In this document: positions 1-10,303 of the stretch, piece after piece | Position numbering within the stretch: the stretch's first letter is position 1 | Layout: each line of letters opens with the position of its first letter | Source: Eutreptiella sp. 'Long Island Sound 2002' | Lineage: Eukaryota; Protista; Euglenida | NCBI GenBank assembly: GCA_964036045.1 | Contig: OZ038379.1 | Coordinates: forward strand, 6,634,001-6,698,000 | Length of the DNA: 64,000 nt | Direction: 5' to 3' | Translations under genes and position numbers: made by a program | Notes under the pieces: generated by a model | Databases searched by the model: none | Told to the model about the DNA's origin: nothing | The model's input: the letters and a program-made list of their open reading frames with translations, nothing else

Positions 1-1800
1 GCCCAAATTTCCCATGCACAGTTTGGTGTCAAAGCACAAACCTCAATGTGATGACGCTCATGCACTGTACCTATTCTCAAGTGCCTGGCACCTTTTGGCC
101 CAAGTGGGTGGATGGCTAACACAAAATGTGCGGCATGTGTGTGATTGAGCATTCAAGCATTGTCTACATAGGCTTTGCAATGATGCATCTACACTCCATC
201 TACCACATACACACACGAGCAAGAGGATAAATAATGGCCAAATGAGTCACACAAGGTAGCAACAAGGCCACTGCCTTGTCCAATTGGCAAGTCAAACACA
301 CACAACACTCAAACAACACAATACCAACACAAAAAAAAGACAACACAAAACAAGAAAGCACAAAAGGTGGTAAGCATGCAACTTATTCTAGGACACCTAC
401 AAACCGCCACAAATACCCAAACTCAACAAACAACAGACCACACAAAGAAATTACGCCTGCATAAAAAAAGGGCCAGCAACTATTAACTCCAACAGCTGGC
501 GGGCAGGCTTGCGGCGGAATTGACCTAACGGCTGGCCACCACCAACAACACTATGTTGACATAGCCCAAAGAAAGACCGCCCATGTGGTTCAAGGTCATG
601 CCCATGTTATAGCAGCCCCGCCCCCCCCAAAAAAATTGGGCATCTATCCTACCACACATTGCAACTGTGGAGTCTTTTGCATTGCAAGCTGGACAGGTTT
701 TCATGAAAGTAACCAAAAAAAGAGCAAATTCGTGCTTCTGCTTTGGGGAGCAAGCTCTTTCCTCGCTGTGTCTTTTTCCCAATCAGGGTCTTTGGTGGCT
801 TCAACACAGAGCACGAGGGCATCTGGTGGCCAAACGCGACTCCTTGAGTGTTGAACGGAATATTGAGAACGACTTGGAACTGTACACAAATGTGCAGTGC
901 ACATAAAAAAAGAGCATCCTCCAAGCATCCGTCCGACGCAACGACACAAACAACGTGCGCGAAACAAGCTTCACCTGCAAGGAACGAGTGGAAGCACGTC
1001 CTCGTCAGGAATAGTCGACGTACGATGTGCGAAAGCCGTCGAAGAACTGCAGAGACGAATTCACGACCTTGTGGCGGCACTCTGAAGACAAAAACAACAT
1101 TGTGGACTTCTCTGGCACTTGGTAGAGCTGGTGTTTTGTGTGCATTGCTGGATTCGGACCCCTTGGAGCTACATACTGGATGCAAACAAAAAAAGGATGC
1201 ATTTGAACTGTGTTGAACTCTCCACTGTTTGAACACAAAGCAACACAAAAAAGGTAACGACACAAATTCGTGCTTCTGCTTTGGGGAGCAAGCTCTTTCC
1301 TCGCTGTGTCTTTTTCCCAATCAGGGTCTTTGGTGGCTTCAACACAGAGCACGAGGGCATCTGGTGGCCAAACGCGACTCCTTGAGTGTTGAACGGAATA
1401 TTGAGAACGACTTGGAACTGTACACAAATGTGCAGTGCACATAAAAAAAGAGCATCCTCCAAGCATCCGTCCGACGCAACGACACAAACAATGTGCGCGA
1501 AACAATCTTCACCTGCAAGGATTCGCGAGGCACGAATGGAAGCATGTCCTCGTCAGAAATAGTTGACGTATGACGTACGAAGCCGTCTCGTACGAAGCCG
1601 TCTAAGTGAGAGTTCGCGACCTCGTCGAGGCACTCTGAGCGATGAGAGCTAGCCACGTCTCGGACCTCTTGAACGTTGAAGGAATCCGTCTGGTGGCAAG
1701 CCACCACGTCGGTAGGCACGTCGGAGTGATCGTTGAAAACAGACAACCCGTACTTGGAAATGGTCCGGGCCAACACGTGTATCTCGTCACCAGCAATCAA
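1..1800 (-). pseudogene. Decayed KDZ (Kyakuja-Dileera-Zisupton)-like transposase remnant
   Basis: Broken minus-strand frames contain KTCPACNAKDSTVAMCGRIDA (CxxC...D), AYVDNA*ML and TVHERHHIEVC (YD-x-x-C-like and H-x3-H-x3-C-like motifs of KDZ transposases). Many stops and frameshifts; motif recall only. Confidence 0.35.
725..1575. repeat. Direct duplication of ~300 bp, period 538 bp (725-~1025 and 1263-~1575)
   Basis: CAAATTCGTGCTTCTGCTTTGGGGAGC...CACCTGCAAGG occurs twice, near-identical; the second copy has a short insertion. Confidence 0.9.
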
Positions 1801-1830
1801 ATACAGAATGGGAATCCCCCGAGCTCCCAG

Positions 1831-2013
1831 CTCCCCCGAGTCTCGCTTTGCCTGCTTCCCCAAGCGTAGCTCGGGGCATAAAAAGGTACGGCGGATCCCC
1901 CAAAATTCGCTTCGCCTGCACGGCTCCCCCAAGCGCAGCTCCGGCCATAAAAAGGTAAGGCAACTCCCCCGAGTCTCGCTTCGCCTGCAAGGCTCCCCCA
2001 AGCGCAGCTCTAG
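1831..2013. repeat. Tandem repeat, ~67-bp unit x ~3
   Basis: Recurring CTCCCCCGAGTCTCGCTT(T/C)GCCTGC...CCCCAAGCG(T/C)AGCTC and CATAAAAAGGTA motifs. Confidence 0.8.
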
Positions 2014-2327
2014 GCATCTCCACAAGTCCCATGTTCTGGTGGAGAGACCTTGAGCAAAAAGGTAAGGTGAAGGCACACCCAACAAAGAGCAAAGGTAAAG
2101 GTCAGAGGTAAAAGGTCAAAGTGCACACAACAAAGAGCAAAGGTCAAGTTCCAAGGTCAAAGGTCACAAGGGTGCAAGTCAGTTTGGAGATGATGCAGGT
2201 CACTGTGGAGAAGGTGTAACTGACAGCAAGCAGTAAAGGCAAAAGAAAGCACCTAGCAGCCTACAATGCGACGACCAAACATGCCAACTAATTTGCCTAA
2301 CTGCAATAATTATGTATTATGTATACA

Positions 2328-3644
2328 TGAACTAACAAGCGTAGCGTCATGACACAAGAACTTTTGCGGAGTAGCTGCGGAGTAGCGGCACGAGCAGACA
2401 ATTGGGTTTACGGTGGGTGCAAAAGTATTGAAATGCCCTCCCTTTAGCATTTACAGCATGAGGGCAAACACCTACGTACTATGCAATTGAACTTTATGAC
2501 ACTTGCTACTAACATCGGTGCTTGCACTCCATCATTTTGCGTTGATTCCAAAGCACAATATGCGGGTGAGACACATGCAGCCCATCCATATCCTCAAAGC
2601 TTCACGATGCGTGACACTCAGATGGTTTATGTTCATCCTTGCTTCAAGAGACAAATACAAAACCTTAAGGCTCCCAATTAGGAGGTGTGTTCAAATTCAC
2701 CCGGATAGTACATGGAAGGGTGAATTGTACAACACAATGCAAAGCAAGCGAGCAGCGCTCAAAAGCTCAAAGACATGGAACTCGATATAGACAGCAAAAT
2801 GCGGTGCCCCATGTGCTGCTGGTCTCAACACCAATAATCTGATGGGGGGCACGGTACAAAAGGGATTGAAAACAGGAAAATGGACGACCCTTGGACGTCT
2901 CAGTTTGAATGGCATCGCATCTATACCATAAACAATTTGTCATTTGGGGCACGCCAACTCTTCGGCAATCGCGAAGTCTCCCGAGGCAGAAGGAATACCT
3001 TCTCGAGCCTTCCGTAGGATGGGATCAAAATTTTACCCGCGCCCGCAAGGGTCGGCCAAAACCAAAACCAAACAAAACCAAAATTTGGTGCCACGCACAG
3101 GTTAGCAGCTGCTACAAGCGGAAAAGTAAGGATGCGGGCTTCAATGGGGGAGAGCTGATGAAAATGTTCTCAAATAAAATGCATCCGGGCTGCACCCGTG
3201 ACAAGTGGTAAAAGAGCCTTCTCCGTTCTCAAATTGTGCAATGCCAGTAAGGGAAACCACTTCAAGTGATAGCGACATCCACACGATGCAAGCCAATCCA
3301 CCCTCCACCATTGAGTGCAAAAAGTCCAAGATATCGCACTTTTGATGCCAATTCAAACGAAAGCGGATGGTTCGCCGCTGCTGTGCATAGCGCATGACGT
3401 CGTGCCTGCAAAATCGTTCAAAAACCCAGTTCAGCCGCAAACGGTGGTCACTAGCGAAAAAACATGAACACGACTCTCCAATACGGCCATGTGGTTGGTC
3501 GGCATGGCAAATCCCTGCTCTGGCACTCCCGGGAACCTAGTGACTTGGGAGGGAATGGGCCCAATTGTGGTTGTAGCTCACGTGTTCCCTTTGCAAGATT
3601 TTGTCCTTCATGCAAAACGGAAAATCTTTGAATCTTTGAATTGA
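2328..3644 (-). repeat. Left arm of a ~1.3-kb inverted duplication; contains the empty YR-element target site (CT core at 2668-2669, minus strand)
   Basis: Reverse complement matches 5691-6727 joined to 14587-14928. The ORF track shows identical peptides on opposite strands (e.g. 2909..3211+ and 6184..6486-). Confidence 0.93.
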
Positions 3645-5252
3645 GCCGCCAACCTAAGCTTGGTTGGGGTTTGGATACATGTGAAAAATCCCTAGATCAT
3701 CGAACAAAGGTTCTGTACTCCGTTTCCCATCCGGAGCCCCCGTTTGGCGCGAAGATTTCCCCGACAACTTTACCACAAGAGCACACACCCGAGGCATTCG
3801 TTTAGGGGAATTAGACGCAAGGTTTTGGTGGAAGCCCCGTTTTTGGTGCGGGAACATGCATCGAGTTTACTGAAGACGTGCCGCGAGGTACATGTTGCTT
3901 CACGGATGAACTTGCCGTGACCGGCAGTGCTGAGGATGGCCTGAAGGGAGACGGGGCACGCAGTTTGCGCTCTTGTTGCACCGTGAGAGCGTGTGCTGGT
4001 GAGGGTTGTACTTGTTGGGGTACATAGGCTCACCACCACTAGCGGAACACCACTCCGCTGTTGGACAGAGTGTTTGCACTTCGTGCTGAAAGGGGTATTG
4101 CCGTGTGGATCCCCAAGGGAATGTGCATATCCCAAGATGTTCCCTTCATAAAGTCCGTTCCGGACCCTGGCAACTCATTCCATTTGAAAAACTCCGTTCC
4201 AGCTAAACTCCATTCCATTCCATTTTGAAACTCCTATCCCAAGATCTCGAATATTCTTGTCGTACTGCAGAATTTGTGTTAAATAAGGAATAATAATGGC
4301 CTCGGCCACCGCGGGCTTTTTTCCTTATCCTTATGTTCTAATAATGTGTTTTGTAGAGCCAGGATGTTTTCCTAATTTTCTAATGGAGCCCAACCTCAGG
4401 GATGTATTTTGATGTGTTCCTCATTCTTTGCTTCGCCGCCTTCGGCGGTATTGTTCCTTGAATGAATGCACATAAGCATGCATGGGCACAAAGCAGGCAC
4501 AAAGCGTAAGAGGGAATTCTGAATGTGCTAAGCACGGCTAACCAAGGACGTGCAGCGAATCACGTCGCACATCTGCTCCCACCAAGTATGTCAGAGCCGA
4601 CTTGTGCCGAGGCTGAGCCTTTTGGGCAGTGATCGAGTAAGGCAAGCCCAAGGCACCAAAACCAGAGCGGCAATTTCATGAACGCAAATTCGGGGTGCGA
4701 AGCACAAAAAGTTTTTTCCCACCTAGTGCTGTAGTGTGTCTCCAAGCACTTGTTGTGGAATCCGTCCCCTGGAGTTGAGGCACCGGCACTTTAATGAGGA
4801 TAGTGATGAGGATGATGAGAATGACCCAGCTTGGGTTGATTTCATGGTAGAGATGGGGAGGAAGATGAGGAGGTTCAAGAGGAGGAGGACGATGACAATC
4901 AATTGCCGACCAATCTTGCTGATTGATAGCTTTAAAGCTACTACCACCCGCGGTGGACGAAGTACATGCATTCGACCCAAGTACTCATGAGTTTAGTGTC
5001 ACATGTGGACAACGCCGATGTTTTGGCTGCTGTCGGATCTGTGGCAGATTGAAACTCAGGTATCACACCTGGGTGATCGATCAATCACTCTACTGTATAT
5101 ACAGGTCAACACAGTCAGGCACCGTTTTGGTGCCTTCGCGGTCCCCACAGTAGCCACAGAAACGGTCAAGCGGGTAACCGGGCAGATCACGGAGTGTCAA
5201 ACCACCAGGTGCCAGTATGCAATTTGCAGCCTATAGGACGCACTAGAGGTTT

Positions 5253-5393
5253 CACAGCGCAGATAATTCCCCGTAAATTCGCGGTACGTCTCTGGACGAT
5301 GTCTGTGGTGGGGAGTTTTCGCACACAGCGCAGATAATTCCCTGTAAATTCGCGGTCGTCTCTGGACGATGTCTGTGGTGGGGAGCTTCTGAC
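5253..5393. repeat. Tandem repeat 2 x 71 bp
   Basis: CACAGCGCAGATAATTCCC(C/T)GTAAATTCGCGGT...GATGTCTGTGGTGGGGAG twice. Confidence 0.85.
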
Positions 5394-5690
5394 ACATTTG
5401 TGGGATGCGGCTAAGTAAGGGATAAGTCCCTTACTGAGCCGCGTCATCTTTTCTCCTCAGTATCTGACAGGACATTCAGGAATTGACACAATGTTGGAAC
5501 CGGATTTTCTAGGATCACATTTCTGATTCTGATTTCTATCTATTGCAGAAATTTGGCAATTTCAGAATGCAGACTAGGGGCCCAAAAAAAAGAAAAGTGA
5601 ATGATGTTGATTGTTTCGACAGTGCTATCCCATTACATCGTCTAAATGTATCATTTCAATGAGACAATCCATGGTTATGCTTTTTTTTTA

Positions 5691-6727
5691 TCAATTCAAA
5701 GATTCAAAGATTTTCCGTTTTGCATGAAGGACAAAATCTTGCAAAGGGAACACGTGAGCTACAACCACAATTGGGCCCATTCTCTCCGTATGTCCCCATG
5801 GCCGTACCAAGAGGACGCAAAAGTTTCGCCGAGTCGCTTCTTCCTCCCAAGTCACTAGGTTCCCGGGGAGTGCTAGAGCAGGGATTTGCCATGCCGACCA
5901 ACCACATGGCCGTATTGGAGAGTCGTGTTCATATTTTTTCACTAGTGACCACCGTTTGCGGCTGAACTGGGTTTTTGAACGATTTTGCAGGCACGACGTC
6001 ATGCGCTATGCACAGCAGCGGCGAACCATCCGCTTTCGTTTGAATTGGCATCAAAAGTGCGATATCTTGGACTTTTGCACTCAATGGTGGAGGGTGGATT
6101 GGCTTGCATTGTGTGGATGTCGCTATCACTTGAAGTGGTTTCCCTTACTGGCATTGCACAATTTGAGAACGGAGAAGGCTCTTTTACCACTTGTCACGGG
6201 TGCAGCCCGGATGCATTTTATTTGAGAACATTTTCATCAGCTCTCCCCCATTGAAGCCCGCATCCTTACTTTTCCGCTTGTAGCAGCTGCTAACCTGTGC
6301 GTGGCACCAAATTTTGGTTTTGTTTGGTTTTGGTTTTGGCCGACCCTTGCGGGCGCGGGTAAAATTTTGATCCCATCCTACGGAAGGCTCGAGAAGGTAT
6401 TCCTTCTGCCTCGGGAGACTTCGCGATTGCCGAAGAGTTGGCGTGCCCCAAATGACAAATTGTTTATGGTATAGATGCGATGCCATTCAAACTGAGACGT
6501 CCAAGGGTCGTCCATTTTCCTGTTTTCAATCCCTTTTGTACCGTGCCCCCCATCAGATTATTGGTGTTGAGACCAGCAGCACATGGGGCACCGCATTTTG
6601 CTGTCTATATCGAGTTCCATGTCTTTGAGCTTTTGAGCGCTGCTCGCTTGCTTTGCATTGTGTTGTACAATTCACCCTTCCATGTACTATCCGGGTGAAT
6701 TTGAACACACCTCCTAATTGGGAGCCT
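5691..6727 (+). repeat. Right arm (part 1) of the inverted duplication, interrupted by the YR element
   Basis: Reverse complement of 2668-3644, with one ~60-bp indel. Confidence 0.92.
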
Positions 6728-6796
6728 CGTGTTTTGTGCTTGCTCAAAACACGGGTTTAACTTAATTACCTCTTCATTAGGCATTTGTCAGTTTGT
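6726..6796 (+). repeat. Split direct repeat A1 (left terminus)
   Basis: CTCGTGTTTTG(T/A)GCTTGCTCAAAACAC...GGCATTTGTCAGTTTGT; 71 bp, near-identical to 14070-14140. Confidence 0.93.
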
Positions 6797-6808
6797 TCCC
6801 TTTTTGCC

Positions 6809-7337
6809 ATGTCTGGGCTTCACGGGAGCAGCGGGATGCAAGAGGACGCAATTTTTGTGTCCGACGATTCACACGCGGAATCGGGTACGGCCAAGGAATT
6901 GGCCGAGTTGAAGGCCATGCTCCGTCGACAGGATGCGGAGGTGGAGCGCTTGAGGGTACAATTAGCCGCCACGGAGATTGAAAAGCGCAAGGACACGGAA
7001 ATCCCGGACCTCAACTTGGATGGGATAGAGGAGTTTTTGAAGAAGGAAAGAGTCACGGTTTGGATGAAGGATGCATGTGCGGTATTAAAGAAGTATGTGA
7101 CGGCGGTTCCGAAGCCGAGTAGGCCAGCAGACGTGGGAGGTAAGCAAGGAGAACAATTAAGTCTCGGAGATGCGTTGGCGTACAGAATGTGGAAAGTCCT
7201 CATTGTTGCACATGCGACTTACGTGAAGAGGTATTCGCCGGGACAAGCATCGGGGCCCAAAGGAAAGTCGGAAAATTTTGATGAGGCCATGGCGAGTGGC
7301 GGGGATTCCTGGAGATATATAACTGCTAAGATCTGTT
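6809..7337 (+). CDS. gag-like ORF, 5' part (coiled-coil), interrupted by a nested insertion
   Basis: ATG 6809 follows TTTGTCAG plus a pyrimidine run; heptad-like ELAELKAMLRRQDAEVERLRVQLAA. The ORF's stop (7355-7357) lies inside the inserted inverted repeat. Confidence 0.65.
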
Positions 7338-7527
7338 CATGGGATGCAGCGTTCTAGGGCGTGGTGCGGAACCCCCCCAATTTTGGGTGTTGTTAATATG
7401 GTTGGAACCCGGAATTTCACATGTTACAAGGGTGCACTATGATGCAACAATGTGCCTTCCATGTATTGTTTGCTCGATATTGCCCGTTTTGCACTTTTTG
7501 CGATTTGATCTTTGTGTGCTCTAACTA

Positions 7528-7667
7528 GTTATCGCGGGGTTAGAACGGGGTTAGAGCACTAGTTATCGCGTGGGTTATCGCGCGATAACCTAGTTATCGC
7601 GGGGGTTATCGCGGGGGTTATCGCGCGATAACTAGTTATCGCGTGGGTTATCGCGTGGGTTATCGCG
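7528..7667. repeat. Array of GTTATCGCG motifs (9 forward, 2 reverse), mostly 12-bp spacing
   Basis: Counted directly; includes two perfect 16-bp palindromes GTTATCGCGCGATAAC (7574, 7617). Confidence 0.9.
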
Positions 7668-7670
7668 CTT

Positions 7671-7698
7671 CATTTTATCTTTCCCCTTTTCGCTTTAG
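7671..7698 (+). promoter_or_regulatory. Putative (trans-)splice acceptor for the dioxygenase ORF
   Basis: Polypyrimidine tract CATTTTATCTTTCCCCTTTTCGCTTTAG ending 28 nt upstream of ATG 7726. Confidence 0.45.
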
Positions 7699-7725
7699 CT
7701 CTCAAAGCCTTCGTATTCTTTGATA

Positions 7726-10236
7726 ATGGCCCTTGCTGCTGCCCACGCTTGGTGCGAGCACCATCAAAAGCTCCTTGGGGTCCGTCGCCTTGGCGGTCCT
7801 GAGGGGTTTACGATGGGTGATGCCAATGTGAGGCGCCCTGTGGCGACCCGCTTTGAACATGGTGTGGACTTTGGACTCCTTGTCCATAAGTCCCCCTTCA
7901 TGGCGGACGACCGAGACCCCCTGGTTCTCAGCAACTACATCTTCGAGTTGCTAGAGGTAAATCCAGGGGTTGCTGGATTTTTGATCCAGCTTCATCCGGA
8001 CGATGTGGACGCGGTGGTGGAGTCCGTCACCGCCCATGCCGAGAAGGGTGCGGGGACGAAGACGACCCTCTATGTGGGTCAGGAGGAGGAGGAAGTGGAG
8101 GAAGTGGAGGAGGAGGAGGAGGATGCGGGGGGGGTGGGGGCTGGGGGGAGGAAGGAGAAGCCCCACAACCCCCTCATGATTAGTGTCCAGAAGGTAAGGA
8201 TCCGACCGGGTAAGGGGAAGGGGCAGTCGGATGGTTGGTTCCCCCAACCCCTCACCCACAACACCCGCCGGGTCTGCACTGACGACCCCGAAAACAAGCT
8301 CCCCATGCACTCCCTTTGCCCCACAAGGGAGTGGGAGCGTGAGTGGTATGGGGTCACCACTCCCAACATTGTTTCGGGGCAGGGGGTGATTCTTTTTCCA
8401 TTTGGGGCAACACCCCCCCTTATTGGGGAGGCGGAGGAGGTGGTTGCCGCCGAGCCCTTGGGGGCCTTTAATAGGGACCCCAATGACCTTGTGCTCACGG
8501 TGGGGGGGAAGCTGGTGGTCAACCACCTCCTGGAGCACGATTTTTTGAGTGCTGTGCAGCTCCAAAGTCTTTTGGATGATTTGGATAGGGTGCCTCTCTC
8601 AGAGAAGGCACCCATTTTCAATGAGAACCCCCCCATTGTCGGCAGGCCCCAAGATTCTGGGACCCGCCGTACATTGTACGGCAACTATGGGGGTGCCCAC
8701 CACCACAGGCACAACCCCCACAAGCTCCATGATCTGCCAGTCCTCAAAAGGGTGGCAGATCGTGTGCTTGAGACGGCGAAGAAGACTGTGGTGGGGGGGG
8801 TTGGATGGAGCTGCACCATCCTTGACATGGCCGAAATTTCGAGCTATGACCACACCCCCCAGCACCTCCATCGCGACGCCCCCCCCTACACCATTCCTGA
8901 AGGCACATTGATTGTCAATTGCCTTATTATGCTAACCCATAATCATGAGGAGGAGGATGGGTCACATTTTCTTTTTGTGCCCTCCAGCAGTTCGGGGTTC
9001 CCTGACCCTTGGGTGGAGAGGGCTGTGCCATTCAAGAGGGGCACTGCCTTTTTTTTTAATGCCCTTGATGTCCACAGGGGGTCGGGGATTCCCAAGGCCT
9101 CCCCCACGGGGGTGTCCCACCCCCGCCTCATGGCATTTTTTGCCATTGAGCTTACCGTGGGGGGGAATCTTCGATTCCCCAACCTGCACGTGACCCAGTC
9201 CATTAAGAGGCCCCAGCTGGGGGCACCTGGTGGCCGGGTGGCCAGGACAGTCCAGTGTGATGGGGCGGTTAGGTGTAGGGGGAAGGTGGTAGCCAATTGC
9301 TACGGATGCAATCGGCTGATTTTGTGCACCGCCCACAAAGATGGCCTTTGTGTGCCATGCCAGGAGGGGGAGGAGGTGGAGGGGGGGGAGGAGGAGGAGG
9401 TGGTGGTGGACCCCAATGGGGTCAGCATTGAGCAATCTGCTCAGTGCTTGCTCCCGGTGGGAACAACCACCGGGCATTTTTTGTTGTCGGGGTGGGGGGT
9501 TGGGAGGGAGGTGATTGCCCCCCTCACTAATGAGGAGGCGGGGGCGGTCGCAGGCCACCCCGATCAGTGCCCCTTGGCCAAGGTGTGCCATGGGGAGGCA
9601 CTGCCCTGGCCCACCCTGCAAGGGCATGTTGGGATGAAGGTGCCGGCGGGCACCATTTTGGTGGTGAGGAGGGGGTTGTATGGGGGAGTGGCAAGGGTGG
9701 CCCCTGAGGCGGAGGGGGTGGCCCAGGTGGTGGAGTGGCGGCAGGTGGGGGAGTATGCGGCCGTCACGGACTTCGTGTGGCTGCGGAGGCTGGGCCTGGT
9801 GCTGGACGACGCCAAGAAGGAGGGCCAAGGCATGTGGGTAGGTGGGTGTTCCAGAAATTGCGTTCTAACTAGGGGTTCCGCACCACGCCCTAGAACACTG
9901 CATCCTACACATAGACGCGTACGTGTTGAAATCTCAACACGTACGCGTTGGTTTTTTCTTTGTTGGAAATTTGTCATTTTTCATGCAAAATTCATGTGTG
10001 GGGTATCACCTTACCCAACCCAACCCCTCTTTGCCCTTTCCCTACACCACTGGGTGCCACTGCAAACATTGCCGACCGTAGGTCGCCTTCTCCCTCTGCA
10101 GAGTGTCCCGAAAACCATACTGAATTTCCCAAAACAAGAGTATTCAATTCAAGAAACGGGACGGGGTAGCCTACTGGTTATCCAAGGCCGGAGACTGGAT
10201 ACCGGTGGACGCACAACCCAGCGAAGATTGCCGTAG
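7726..10236 (+). CDS. 2OG-Fe(II) dioxygenase (DSBH, PhyH-like motif spacing) fused to a Cys/His Zn finger; genuine coding probably ends ~9850 and then reads through the cassette end
   Basis: HLHRD (HxD, 8869-8877), FFFNALDVHRG (distal His 9073), PRLMAFF (2OG-binding Arg 9124). C-x5-C-x7-CxxC-x5-CxxH-x4-CxxC at 9256-9360. Acidic poly-E linkers; intronless. Confidence 0.75.
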   Translation: MALAAAHAWCEHHQKLLGVRRLGGPEGFTMGDANVRRPVATRFEHGVDFGLLVHKSPFMADDRDPLVLSNYIFELLEVNPGVAGFLIQLHPDDVDAVVESVTAHAEKGAGTKTTLYVGQEEEEVEEVEEEEEDAGGVGAGGRKEKPHNPLMISVQKVRIRPGKGKGQSDGWFPQPLTHNTRRVCTDDPENKLPMHSLCPTREWEREWYGVTTPNIVSGQGVILFPFGATPPLIGEAEEVVAAEPLGAFNRDPNDLVLTVGGKLVVNHLLEHDFLSAVQLQSLLDDLDRVPLSEKAPIFNENPPIVGRPQDSGTRRTLYGNYGGAHHHRHNPHKLHDLPVLKRVADRVLETAKKTVVGGVGWSCTILDMAEISSYDHTPQHLHRDAPPYTIPEGTLIVNCLIMLTHNHEEEDGSHFLFVPSSSSGFPDPWVERAVPFKRGTAFFFNALDVHRGSGIPKASPTGVSHPRLMAFFAIELTVGGNLRFPNLHVTQSIKRPQLGAPGGRVARTVQCDGAVRCRGKVVANCYGCNRLILCTAHKDGLCVPCQEGEEVEGGEEEEVVVDPNGVSIEQSAQCLLPVGTTTGHFLLSGWGVGREVIAPLTNEEAGAVAGHPDQCPLAKVCHGEALPWPTLQGHVGMKVPAGTILVVRRGLYGGVARVAPEAEGVAQVVEWRQVGEYAAVTDFVWLRRLGLVLDDAKKEGQGMWVGGCSRNCVLTRGSAPRPRTLHPTHRRVRVEISTRTRWFFLCWKFVIFHAKFMCGVSPYPTQPLFALSLHHWVPLQTLPTVGRLLPLQSVPKTILNFPKQEYSIQETGRGSLLVIQGRRLDTGGRTTQRRLP
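9915..9948. other. Perfect hairpin, 15-bp stem, 4-nt loop
   Basis: ACGCGTACGTGTTGA-AATC-TCAACACGTACGCGT, 9 nt after the right inverted repeat and followed by a T-run. Confidence 0.95.
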
Positions 10237-10303
10237 ATGCACGGCGGCGGGAAAGCTGGAGAACTTGCGGTACTGGTGTTTCCGGTGCCCATTGTGGTCG
10301 TGA
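9952..10303 (+). pseudogene. gag-like ORF, 3' part (Pro-rich linker plus Cys motif CRRC...YWCFRCP), frameshifted by a 5-bp duplication
   Basis: ACGGG is duplicated at 10156-10165. Removing one copy joins ...FNSRNG to VAYWLSKAGDWIP...CRRC...CFRCPLWS, ending at TGA 10301-10303. Confidence 0.55.

Larger units (their letters stand above)
7338..9951 (+). mobile_element. Nested non-autonomous Helentron/DINE-1-like cassette carrying a dioxygenase ORF
   Basis: 34-bp inverted repeats 7342-7375 / 9872-9905 (1 mismatch), internal tandem array, 15-bp-stem hairpin 9915-9948, flanked by TT and TTTTTT. Removing it restores the gag frame. Confidence 0.6.

Noticed and set aside
7536-7556. Telomere-like GGGGTTAG twice
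   Set aside because: Two copies only, not TTAGGG tandem repeats; part of the cassette's internal array region.
7344-9905. Cassette as a euglenid non-conventional intron (CAG at +4-6 pairing with CTG at -8 to -6)
   Set aside because: The motif positions fit, but splicing 7344-9905 leads into stops at 10079 and ~10121. The 7338-9951 T-run excision restores gag better. Not fully excluded without RNA data.
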